From Octopus sinensis (Eukaryota), in NCBI RefSeq assembly GCF_006345805.1, contig NC_043014.1, positions 3,162,001-3,226,000 of the forward strand: a stretch of 64,000 nucleotides of DNA. The letters run 5' to 3'. A program made the position numbers and the translations under genes. Numbering within the stretch: the first letter of the stretch is position 1; each line of letters opens with the position of its first letter. The notes beneath the pieces were generated by a model. That model saw only the letters and a program-made list of their open reading frames with translations. It made no database searches and was not told where the DNA came from. Positions 14,022 through 24,657 of the stretch are shown one piece after another.

Positions 14022-14370
14022 TATGTTTCTTTATTAGCCACACAGGGCTGCACACAGATAGAACAAATTACAAGGTAGAGCTTTTCTTTTGAAGGTTTAA
14101 AAAAATAAAAAATAAAAAAATTTAAAAATAAAAAATAAGAAAAAAATAAAATAATAAAAAGGGGGGTCGATCAAAAGGGATCGTAAAAGGAGAGAAAGAG
14201 GACAAAAAAAAGGGGGGTTAAAAAAAAGGGGGAGAGGAAAAAAATTGATCAATAGGTCGTTATCACAGAAATGTCATATGAAGTGTAAAGGGGGGGACAG
14301 GTGAGGTTACCCGTGGAAAGAAAAGCCTACGGAAAAACCACGGTAACCTCGGTCAATGAGTCACATGTTA
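14022..14370 (-). mobile_element. Interspersed repeat, probable LINE 3' UTR ending in AATAAAGAAAC
   Basis: Second copy at 31543-31803; flanked by (GATA)/(GACA) repeats. Confidence 0.5.
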
Positions 14371-14405
14371 TATTTCTTTTTTTTTTTTTTTTGCAAATAA
14401 AGACT

Positions 14406-14469
<64 letters not shown>

Positions 14470-14512
14470 TAGAGATAGATAGATATAGAGAGATAGATAG
14501 ATATAGAGAGGG

Positions 14513-14579
<67 letters not shown>

Positions 14580-14618
14580 GATAGATAGATATAGAGAGAT
14601 AGATAGATATAGAGAGGG

Positions 14619-14673
<55 letters not shown>

Positions 14674-15815
14674 CAGATAGATAGATAGATAGCACAGGCG
14701 GATGGATAAGGGAAACAGAAAGTATGGGGAGATGGGTTGAGGCTGGTTTGTCTTGAGCGGCCCAATAGCCCAGTGGCACAGTGGAGCACAGTAAATGTGT
14801 GCCATTGTCAGCTTCTTTAGTTTTAGAGGGTGATGGGCGAGGAAAGGCGGTTGTCAGGTTTTTCTTTAATCATTATTATCATTGGCAATGTAGACTTTCT
14901 TGGGGTTCTTTTTCTCTTTTTAATTTATTCAACAGGATGGTGGTGGTGGTGATGGTGGTGGTGGTGGTGGTGGTGGTGGTGGTGGTGGTGGTGGTGGTGG
15001 TGGTGGTGGTGGTGGTGGTGAAGAAGCGACCACTGCTGATGGTGTTGTTGCTGTTACTACTACTACTACTACTACTACTACTACAACTACTACTACTACT
15101 ACTACAACGCTACTACTACTACTACTAACGCTACTACTACTACTACTACTACACTACTACTACCACCACCACCACCACTACTACTACTACTACTACGACT
15201 ACTAGTAGTAGTAATTCTACTGCTAGTAGTAGTAATTCTACTACTAGTATTAGTAATGCTACTACTACTACTTCCTCTACTACTACTGCTGCTGTTGCTG
15301 TTGTTGCTGTTTCAACTACTACCAGTACTATGTACAACTGGTGCTGCTACTGCTACTACAACTGCTGCTAGTAGTGATATTAGTAGAACTAGTATAGCAG
15401 TTTGTTGATCCTGTTAAGAGTGTGATCTAGTTTTCCTTTCTTCCTTTCTTCTTTTCTTCCTTCCTAACATTTGTCCCCCCCCCAACCCACCCTCACCTTA
15501 CCCCCACCCTTATCTCATATTTCTTTAAACAATAGGTTTTAGAAGTGGGCAGAGCCAAGGTATGAGAACTAGTTGCATCATGACCCTTACTTAACAGGGG
15601 AGAGTAATACGAGAGGGGGTTTAAAGAGCAAAATAATCTGGAGTCTCCTAGCTCCCTTAACACACTCTCTCTGTTAGCTCTCCCCTTTCTCACTCACTCT
15701 TTGTTAGCTCTCCTCTTTCTCGCTCACTCTCTCTCTTGCTCGACTAAAGGCGGTGCTCCAGCATGGCCGCAGTCAAATGACTGAAACAAGTAAAAAAGTA
15801 AAGAGTATATATATA

Positions 15816-16220
15816 GGCGCAGAAGTGGCTGTGTGGTAAGTAGCTTGCTTACCAACCACATGGTTCTGGGTTCAGTCCCACTGCGTGGCATCTTGGGCAA
15901 GTGTCTTCTGCTATAGCCTAGGGCCGACCAATGCCTGTGAGTGGATTTGGTAGATGGAAACTGAAAGAAGCCTGTCGTATATATATATATATGTATATGT
16001 GTGCGTATATGTTTGTGTGTCTGTGTTTGTCCCCCTAGCATTGCTTGACAACTGATGCTGGTGTGTTTATGTCCCCGTTACTTAGCGGTTCGGCAAAGGA
16101 GACCGATAGAATAAGTACTGGGCTTACAAAAGAATAAGTCCCGGGGTCGAGTTGCTCGATTAAAGGTGGTGCTCCAGCATGGCCACAGTCAAATGACTGA
16201 AACGAGTAAAAGAGTAAAAG
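15816..16220 (+). mobile_element. tRNA-derived SINE family A, full length
   Basis: A box TGGCTGTGTGG, B box GGTTCAGTCCC, internal TA/TG microsatellite, (TAAAAGAG)n tail. Confidence 0.9.
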
Positions 16221-16443
16221 AATATATATATATATATTGCCAGCCTCGCCTGGCCCCCATGCCGGTGGCACGTAAAAAGCACCATCCGATCGTGGCCGTT
16301 TGCCAGCCTCGTCTGGCACGTAAAATCACCCACTACACTCACGGAGTGGTTGGCGTTAGGAAGGGCAAAAATTTCAATGACTGCCTACATGTAGGCAGTC
16401 ATCGAAATTTTTGTTTGTCTTGTTGTCGAGAGAGGCTCCCTTT

Positions 16444-16525
16444 CTTTCCTGATGAGAAGATTGCATAATGCACCCTTTATTCCTTTGGAATGAAAACATG
16501 TTGTCTTCGAAACATATGTCGAGAG
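16444..16525 (+). ncRNA. Type I hammerhead ribozyme with intact core, extended stem II and palindromic stem III
   Basis: CTTTC-CTGATGA-GAAGA...TCTTC-GAAA-CATATG-TC-GAGAG; GUC triplet with predicted cut after 16520. Confidence 0.75.
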
Positions 16526-17055
16526 TAAAGGAATTTTGTTAACATCTTCGTTTGACTCCATTTTTTCATTTATTCATATACAACACACAAATTTCTGCAC
16601 ATGAACCCGGAGTTTCTACCCTTGGACAGGTCGCTTCAACCGTGTTTCTGATGTGAATTTGCTACCCAGGTTTCGGTTAAACGAATTTTCCATGCTGTCG
16701 ATAAACATAGGATAATTCATTCACCTATTTAAATATATATATATATATGTATATATATATACCTTTTTCTATCTCTCTCTCTCTCACCCTATATCTCTCT
16801 CTCGTCCATTTAGTTTCTCTTGGTGACGATCCTTGATATACGTACTTTATCCAACACTTGACCAAATCTTTTGTCCACCGTACTGTACTGTATGGTTGGC
16901 CATCATTTGCGAGTGAATATGGAGGGGGGAAAATGAACCATACTTTTGCTAATCGTTTTAAAGTTTTTATGTAGTGTCCAAAGTAGATACGGACAACCCT
17001 CTTGACTCTGTAATACAATGAACCCATAGGAACAAGGATGTAACTGCTGAAGAGA

Positions 17056-17099
<44 letters not shown>

Positions 17100-17235
17100 G
17101 CAGTAGCACTCAGCTGGTATTTGCTTTCAATTGAGTAGATGCCATGGTACTGCATGGCTCATCAGGTGACTTGCAGCTACAGAGGATGAACCCACTGCCA
17201 AGTGCTGCCAGGCAGGGACGAGCAATAATGTTGCG

Positions 17236-17629
17236 AGGCTGTGTGGTAAGTAGCTTGTCTACCAACCACATGGTTCCGGGTTCAGTCCCACTGCGTGGCA
17301 CTTGGGCAAGTATCTTCTACTATAGCCTCGGGCCGACCAAAGCCTTGTGAGCGGATTTGGTAGACGGAAACTGAAAGAAGCCCGTCGTATATCTGTATAT
17401 ATGTATAAATATGCGTGTTTGTGTGTCTGTGTTTGTCCCCCTAGCATTGCTTGACAACCGATGCTGGTGTGTTTATGTCCCCGTTACTTAGCGGTTCGGC
17501 AAAAGAGTCCGATAGAATAAGTACTGGGCTTACAAAAGAATAAGTCCCGGGGTCGAGTTGCTCGATTAAAGGCGGTGCTCCAGCATGGCTGCAGTCAAAT
17601 GACTGAAACAAGTAAAAGAGTAAAAGAGT
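17236..17629 (+). mobile_element. SINE family A
   Basis: Near-identical to 15816-16220. Confidence 0.9.
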
Positions 17630-18480
17630 ATTGGTCTTCATGAGGAAGTCTTCCTGGTATGCTCCACATGTTGGTGGAACATCACTGAGACATGTAGACA
17701 AGTTTAAGCATCTCAGAGCCATTTTCCTGAGTGATGGCAAGCAGGAAACTGAACTGGCTGCTAGAATTGCAGGTGAGGGCACCATTATGTACCAACTTTA
17801 CCATTTGATCCTCAGAAGAGCAGGGGTTGGTGAAAAAACCCCAAACTTATCATCATCATCATCATTTAACGTCTGCTTTCCATGCTAGCATGGGTTGGAC
17901 GATTTTGACTGAGGGCTGGCGAACCAGATGGATGCACCAGGCTCCAATCTTGATCTGGCAGAGTTTCTACAGCTGGATGCCCTTCCTAACACCAACCACT
18001 CCGAGAGTGTAGTGGGTGCGTTTTACGTACCACATTTTTAATTTGGTTTTGGTGCCTATCCTCACCTATTCTCATGAATGTTGGGTTATGAATGAAAGAA
18101 CAGGGTTGTGAATACAAGCAGCCAAAATGGGGTTCTTCTAAAGAATCTCTGGAGTAACAATACTCGACAGAGTGTGTCGCCTGGGGATCAGAGAGCCTCT
18201 CCAAGTCGAGATGTTACCCTTCTGCATTGAGAGGTCATAGCTCTGGTACTGTGGACATGTGATTAGAATGTTGCAGGAAAGAACTACAAGACCGATTCTT
18301 CAAGCTAAGCCATCCAGCAGGAATAGAATAAGAATGACTCGGAATAGAATAAGAATGAGTTGGATACTGTCCATAGTTTCTGTCGATCACACTTGGGAAT
18401 CAAGCCAGAAAGTGTGAAGACGGTTGCTATGGAGAAGGTGCCTAATGACTCTACTCCAACAACCTGTACAGGAATAGTTG
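17628..18480 (+). pseudogene. Degenerate RTE (Expander/Rex3-like) LINE RT C-terminal remnant, interrupted by an RTE-tail element at about 17850-18030
   Basis: Translates to ..VGGTSLRHVDKFKHL..ELAARIA.. and PILTYSHECWVM..IQAAKMGF..LWYCGHVIRM, with stops. Confidence 0.7.
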
Positions 18481-18782
18481 ACAGAGAAAATGAGTGGATG
18501 GTTGGAAGTGGAGGGGGGAGATGAACTGCTGCTCTGCGTTGTGTTCAATGATAAAATGGTTTACCGACTCGGAGTCTTTATAATAGTAATAACCACCCAG
18601 AAAACACTTTTTTCTACTGGTAGTACTAATAATCTTTTTTGTAATAGACACAAGACCAGAAATTTTAGGGGAAGGTGCTAGTTGGTTACATTGACCCCAG
18701 TGCTCAACTGGTACTTATTCATCCGGCACACTAACGACTCTGCCAGCTCACCACCTTAATAATAATGATGATGATGATGATG

Positions 18783-19160
18783 ATCATTGATGTAGCCATA
18801 CCAAATAACATGAATGATTTGAGTAAAGAGGTTGAAAAAAATCACCAAGTACTCCAAATTGAAAGTGGAAATGGCAAGACTGTATGGAATGCAAGAGGGT
18901 AATATAAAAGAGATAGCAGTGGTGATCGGAGCGTTGGGCTCAATCGCATTGAAACTTGAAAACTTCTTAAGGCAACTGGAAATTCCATGCAAGATTGATG
19001 TCTTGCAAAAAGCAGCCTTACTAAGTACAGCGCACATCTTAAAGAAAGTATTATCTGTCTGAGGTCCTTGTTTTGACTTGACAGATGACCAAAGACTTTT
19101 TACCTGCACTGTGTTACGAAGGAATAACAACAACAACAACAACAACAATAATAATAATAA
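18783..19160 (+). mobile_element. R4/Dong-like RLE LINE 3' fragment
   Basis: IIDVAIP..KITKYSKLKVEMARLYG..VVIGALGSI..LQKAALLSTAHILKKVL*; (AAC)/(AAT)n tail. Confidence 0.75.
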
Positions 19161-19950
19161 TTTGTTCTTTCTTTGCCACAAGATGTCATGTGTATTGTGT
19201 TGTGTCAAAAGTTTTACAATATCTTGGTAACTTAAGGTAGCGAGCTGTCAGAATGGTCAGCATGCTGGGCAAAATGCTTAGCGGTATTTCATCTGTCTTT
19301 ACGTTCTGGGTAATAATAATAATAATAATCTTTTCTACTCTAGGCACAAGGCACAAAATTTTGGGGGAGAGGACCATTTGATTAGGTTGACTCCAGTATG
19401 CAACTGGTACTTAATTTATTGACCCCAAAAGAATGAAAGGCAAAATTGACCTCGGCGGAATTTGAACTCAGAACATAAAGATGAATGAAAGGCCGCTAAG
19501 CATTTCGCCCGGCATGCTAATGATTCTACCAGCTCTCCACCTTGATGATGATGATGATAATAATGATAATAATGATGATGATCATGATGATAATGATGAT
19601 GATCATGATGATGATGATGATAATAATGACTTCAAATTTTTACCACAAGGGCAGCTTGTAGATAAAGTCGATTACATCAACCTCAATGCGTAACTGGTAC
19701 TTATTTAATTGATCCTGAAAAGATGAAAGGCAAAGTCAACCTCAGCGAAATTTGAACTCAGAGTGTAGTGGCAGACAAAATACCACTGAGCATTTCGCCT
19801 GGCGTGCTAACGATTCTGCCTATCTGTCTGAGTTCCTTGCTGTGACTTGACAAGCAGTACAAACCCCCCCCCAGACACAATATCCTCAATCAACAACATC
19901 ACGATATTGGATACTGTGAGACGTCTACAATAATAATAATAAATAATAAT

Positions 19951-20312
19951 GGAGTGGCTGTGTGGTAAGTAGCTTGCTAACCAACCACACGGTTGCGGGT
20001 TCAGTCCCACTGCGTGGCATCTTGGGCAAGTGTCTTCTGCTATAGCCCCGGGCCGACCAATGCCTTGTGAGTGGATTTGGTAGACGGAAACTGAAAGAAG
20101 CCTGTCGTATATATGTATATATATGTATATGTGTGTGTGTTTGTGTGTGTGTGTTTGTCCCCCTAGCATTGCTTGACAACCGCTGCTGGTGTGTTTAGGT
20201 CCCCGTCACTTAGCGGTTCGGCAAAAAGAGACCGATAGAATAAGTACTAAAAGGTGGTGCTCCAGCATGGCCGCAGTCAAATGACTGAAACAAGTAAAAG
20301 AGTAAAAAGAGT
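19951..20312 (+). mobile_element. SINE family A
   Basis: Family match with a small internal deletion. Confidence 0.9.
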
Positions 20313-20927
20313 AACAATGTGTTTATTGTTTTATCGTTTTTTTCATTTTTTCCTTTTTTTTTTGTTTTGGTTTTCCGCTTTTCCATTTTCTCACCTTCGC
20401 TTCTCTGGTTCTTAAGTACTTTTTATTTCTCTTAACTTCTCTTAATTTAACATAACTTCCTCTGATTTATTTAGTTGTGATATTTCCTCCGCCTCCTTTC
20501 CCTTCCTGACCTCCCCTACTGACAGCCTTACCTTGTCTTTCTATATTATAAGTAATAACAATAACAAAGCTATGTGTTAACTTCACAGGTGAGTGGTTAG
20601 CACCAAGAAGGTTATAATTTGGTTATGAACATGAAATGACTTTCTTCAACAGATAAACTATCTTTGGTATGCGATCAGGCATGGGAAAACCAATTAAAAT
20701 AAGTGTAAAAAGAAAGGAAGGAGCAATCAAATGTGAATAAGTACTCTGGGTTTGTCATCTTGGTTGGATGAGAGATAAACCTCACCCTGGACAGGTAGCT
20801 AGTCTGTCACAAATAACATTCCTCAAATATTTCGCATTCATTCCTGGTAAACTTACAAATAATACTTAGCCAACTGAACGCATACACATGCATACACACA
20901 TGCATACACACACATTCATGTACACAC

Positions 20928-20972
<45 letters not shown>

Positions 20973-20997
20973 TATAGACACACACACACATACATAT

Positions 20998-21205
20998 CCT
21001 TTCTATTATAGACACAAGGTCTGAAATTTTGGGGAAGGGCCCAGTCAATTAGATCGACCCCAGTACACAACTGGTACTTAATTTATCAATCCTGAAAGGA
21101 TGAAAGTCAAAGTCGACCTCGGTGGAATTTGAACTTAGGACATACAGACAGACGAAATACCACTAAGCATTTAGCCTGGCTTGCTAGTGTTTCTGACAGG
21201 TCACC
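20998..21205 (-). mobile_element. Nin-domain-like SINE with an alternative 3' tail
   Basis: Family B head and core with a CCCAAAATTTCAGACCTTGTG tail; similar copies at about 19330-19520 and 36445-36645. Confidence 0.7.
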
Positions 21206-21736
21206 TTATTTCATCATCATCATCATCGTTTAACATTCGCTTTCCATGCTAGCATGGGTCAGACGATTTGACTGAGGACTGGCGAACCAGATGGCTGCAC
21301 CAGGCTCTAATCTTGATCTGGCAGAGTTTCTACAGCTGGATGTACATATATACGACAGGCTTCTTTCAGTTTCCGTCTACCAAATCCACTCACAAGGCAT
21401 TGGTCGGCCCGGGGCTATACCAGAAGACACTTGCCCAAGATGCCACGCAGTGGGACTGAACCTGGAACCATGTTGTTGGTTAGCAAGCTACTTACCACAC
21501 AGCCACTCCTGCGCCTCCACACAGCCACTAAGAGATAATGGTGTCATTGAGACCCAAAGGTGTCAGGTAATGCTGAATAAGTGCTATAGCCAGACCATAG
21601 TTAAGTTCCAGATTCGGTAATATTGCGAATAAGGGGTTCAACGTTGGTTCTATGTCAGCATATGTGTATAAGAATTTTTTGCACAATGAGATAAAATACC
21701 AAGGTTGTATAGATATTAGAGCATTTATAGATAGAA

Positions 21737-21785
21737 GGTTTTACAGTTGTTTCTGGGATATTAATTAATAATATCCTTTCATCGG
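21737..21785 (-). ncRNA. Degenerate hammerhead-like motif with long AT-rich stem II, inside a fold-back
   Basis: CCGATGA-AAGGATATT ATTAATT AATATCCCA-GAAA-CAACTG-TA-AAACC; the 5' strand of stem I is lost. Confidence 0.4.
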
Positions 21786-22272
21786 ATATTATTAATTAAT
21801 ATCCTAGAAAGACCTATCAATAAATGCTGTAATATTTATACAGCCTTGGTTTTTTTTTATCTCATTACGAAAAAAATTCTTATATATATATATTTCTTTT
21901 GCAAGATTTTTTATGTGAAATCGTGTGTTGAAACAGATATTGTTGTATTTAGGAATGGTCACTTTGCCAGTTTAGCCAATAAAATTAGACACACAAATAA
22001 GAAAGAAGAAAGGAAAGGACCACTGATACGGTCACAGGAGTGTGACGAAAGAACTCTGGCCAAAATAAGATTAAGATTAATGTAAAAAATAAATAACGCT
22101 GAAGCAAAGTAACACCAAATATATAGTGCGTGTGTTTTTATTGGCTAAACTGGCAAAATGACCATTCCTAAATACAACAATATATATATATATAATAAAT
22201 ATTAGGGAATAAATCCAAATTTACAGGGAAAAAATCAGATTTAGGATTAAATCCAATTTTATAGTAAAATAT

Positions 22273-22455
22273 TATATAATATTATTAGAGACAAAACCAC
22301 TATTTTGCAAAACAAACAAGGAAAGACTTAATCAATACATAAAATTTTAATAAAAAGTCAAAAAAAGTCAATTTTTATTAAAATTTTATGTATTGATTAA
22401 GTCTTTCCTTGTTTGTTTTGCAAAATAGTGGTTTTGTCTCTAATAATATTATATA
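22273..22455. repeat. Perfect 84-bp inverted repeat with 15-nt loop
   Basis: 22273-22356 is the reverse complement of 22372-22455. Confidence 0.9.
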
Positions 22456-22463
22456 TATATACA

Positions 22464-22648
22464 AATAAGAGGAATGAATAGTTGGTGGACTCCTAATATG
22501 CTAAATGTAGACCCCATATGTATCTTGCTCACTTTACATTCTGGCTTTTGCTGAATTTTCTTGAGAACAATTTTTTCTTAGTGGTCAGATCATATGGGGT
22601 CTACATTTAGCATATTAGGAGTCCACCTAGTGGCCATTCCTCTTATAA
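22464..22648. mobile_element. Hairpin element (37-bp perfect arms, 70-bp spacer), repeated at 63833-64000
   Basis: Arms at 22484-22520 and 22591-22627; near-identical arms and spacer at 63850-63993. Confidence 0.75.
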
Positions 22649-22798
22649 GTAATATAATTTTCTGAATCTTCAGATTTTTTCAATATGCTAGGCCACTGGT
22701 TTAATTTGATATTAATCTAATCAAATTAATGGATGCTCTTCTCAATGCAAGCCTTTTACAGAGTGTACTGGATGCATTTTACATACATACACACACTC

Positions 22799-23133
22799 AT
22801 AAAGTTAAAGAGCCCCTTTGGTCATGAATGACCATGAAATTGCACCAAGAAAGTTCCCCTCTAAGGCACAAGTCCAGGCAAGGTTGAATGTATGGAAGAC
22901 CAGCAGTCACCCATGCATACCAGCCTCTCCTCACCATGCCACTGATGTTATCCAAGGGAAAGGCAAAGGGGCCGATACAGCTTGGCACCAGTGACATTGC
23001 AACTCACCTCTATAGTTGAGTGAACTGGAGCAACGTTAAATAAAGTGTTTTGTTCAAGAGCACAACACACAGCCCAGTCCAGGAATTGAACTCACTACCT
23101 CATGATTGTGAGCCCGACACTCTAACCGCTGAG
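22799..23133 (-). mobile_element. tRNA-derived CORE-like SINE
   Basis: Head CTCAGCGGTTAGAG..GAGTTCAATTCC, then a CORE-like GTGCTCTTGAACAAAACACTTTA..CCAGTTCACTCA. Confidence 0.7.
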
Positions 23134-23497
23134 TTCAATGAGAACAATTAAACAAGATCATCGATGAGGATCTGTGCCAAACAGTGGGACTGAACCTGGC
23201 ATTATGAGGTTGGGAAATAAGCTTTTTACCACACAGCCACGTCAGGTGTTTATTCATTAGTCAGCTGGATCAAAGTTGATCTGGGGTTAAAGAATAAATA
23301 ACAAACAACCTCACACATACACATATTTGGTTAATGAGAGACAGAAAATGGAAGATACAAGATTTTTAATTAATAACTTCAATTATTTTCAACCCACGTG
23401 ACATCAATTCTTCACATGTATTGCATTATCAGATAAATTTACTCATTTCTTTCCAATTTTCTTTGAATTAACACGAAAAATATTTTTATCGTAGGAC

Positions 23498-23900
23498 AGA
23501 GTGGCTGTGTGGTAAGTAGCTTGCTTACCAACCACATGGTTCCAGGTTCAGTCCCACTGCGTGGCATCTTTGGCAAGTGTCTTCTGCTATAGCCTCGGGC
23601 CGACCAATGCCTTGTGAGTGGATTTGGTAGACGGAAACTGAAAGAAGCCTGTCGTATATACATGTATATATTTATGTATGTGTGTGTATATGTTTGTGTG
23701 TCTGTGTTTGTTCCCCTAGCATTGCTTGACAACCGATGCTGGTGTGTTTACGTCTCCGTCACTTAGCGGTTCGGCAAAAGAGACTGATAGAATAAGTACT
23801 AGGCTTACAAAGAATAAGTCCCGGGGTCGATTTGCTCGACTAAAGGCAGTGCTCCAGTATGGCCGCAGTCAAAATGACTGAAACAAGTAAAAGAGAGAGA
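23498..23900 (+). mobile_element. SINE family A
   Basis: Family match; the empty site is visible in the inverted paralogous segment at about 24950-24960. Confidence 0.9.
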
Positions 23901-23943
23901 GTACTTTCTGTTTGGTGGCAGAGTGGGTTGGTGGGGGGTTTAG

Positions 23944-24217
23944 CATCGGCTGCGGGGTCACTCCGAAAAGCTCTATCTGTGACGATTTCATCTCAATTGA
24001 AGGAGAGGGGCTTTCTCCATCCGGGTTGCGGATCCGTGGAATAAGCTGCCGGACGAGATAATGAAGATGCCAATGACCACTCGGTTCAAAGTCTCCCTTG
24101 ACCACAAGTGGACTGAACTCTTTACATGAACACCACCCTGTACATAACTCCATGTCCCCCTACATGGCCTTGCTTTTTGCTTTTTGGGCCAAAAAATTAA
24201 CTAACTAACTAACTAAC
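23944..24217 (+). mobile_element. CR1-type LINE 3' end with (TAAC)n tail
   Basis: RLRGHSEKLYL..AFSIRVADPWNKLP..FKVSLD, a CR1 ORF2 C-terminal motif, with stops. Confidence 0.8.
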
Positions 24218-24351
24218 CTCATTGGCTCTCTATGTTCCAGATAACTTCTTAAGTTCAATGAAGACGGTTGAACAAGATCATCGATGAGGATCTGTGGCAA
24301 ACAGTGGGACTGAACCTGGTATTATGAGGTGGAACATAGAGAGCCGATGAG

Positions 24352-24657
24352 GTTAGTTAGTTAGTTAGTTAATTTATTCGCTCAAAAAGCAAAAAGCAAG
24401 GCCATGTAGGGGGACATGGAGTTATGTACAGGGAGGGTGTTCATGCAAAGAGTTCAGGCCATTTGTGGTCAAGGGAGACTTCGAACCGAGCGGTCGTCGG
24501 CATCTTCACTATCTCGTTCGGCAGCTTATTCCACGGATCCGCAACCCGGATGGAGAAAGCCCCTATCCTTCAATTGAGATGAAATCGTCACAGATAGAGC
24601 TTTTCGGAGTGACCCCGCAGCCGACGCTCTGGAACAGGAGTGAAGAACAGCTCTTTC
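24352..24657 (-). mobile_element. CR1-type LINE 3' end, inverted copy
   Basis: Reverse-complement paralogue of 23944-24217. Confidence 0.8.

Noticed and set aside
17135-17170. CTGATGA followed by a GCCATG/CATGGC hairpin (minus strand)
   Set aside because: GAAA does not follow stem II, so this is not a hammerhead
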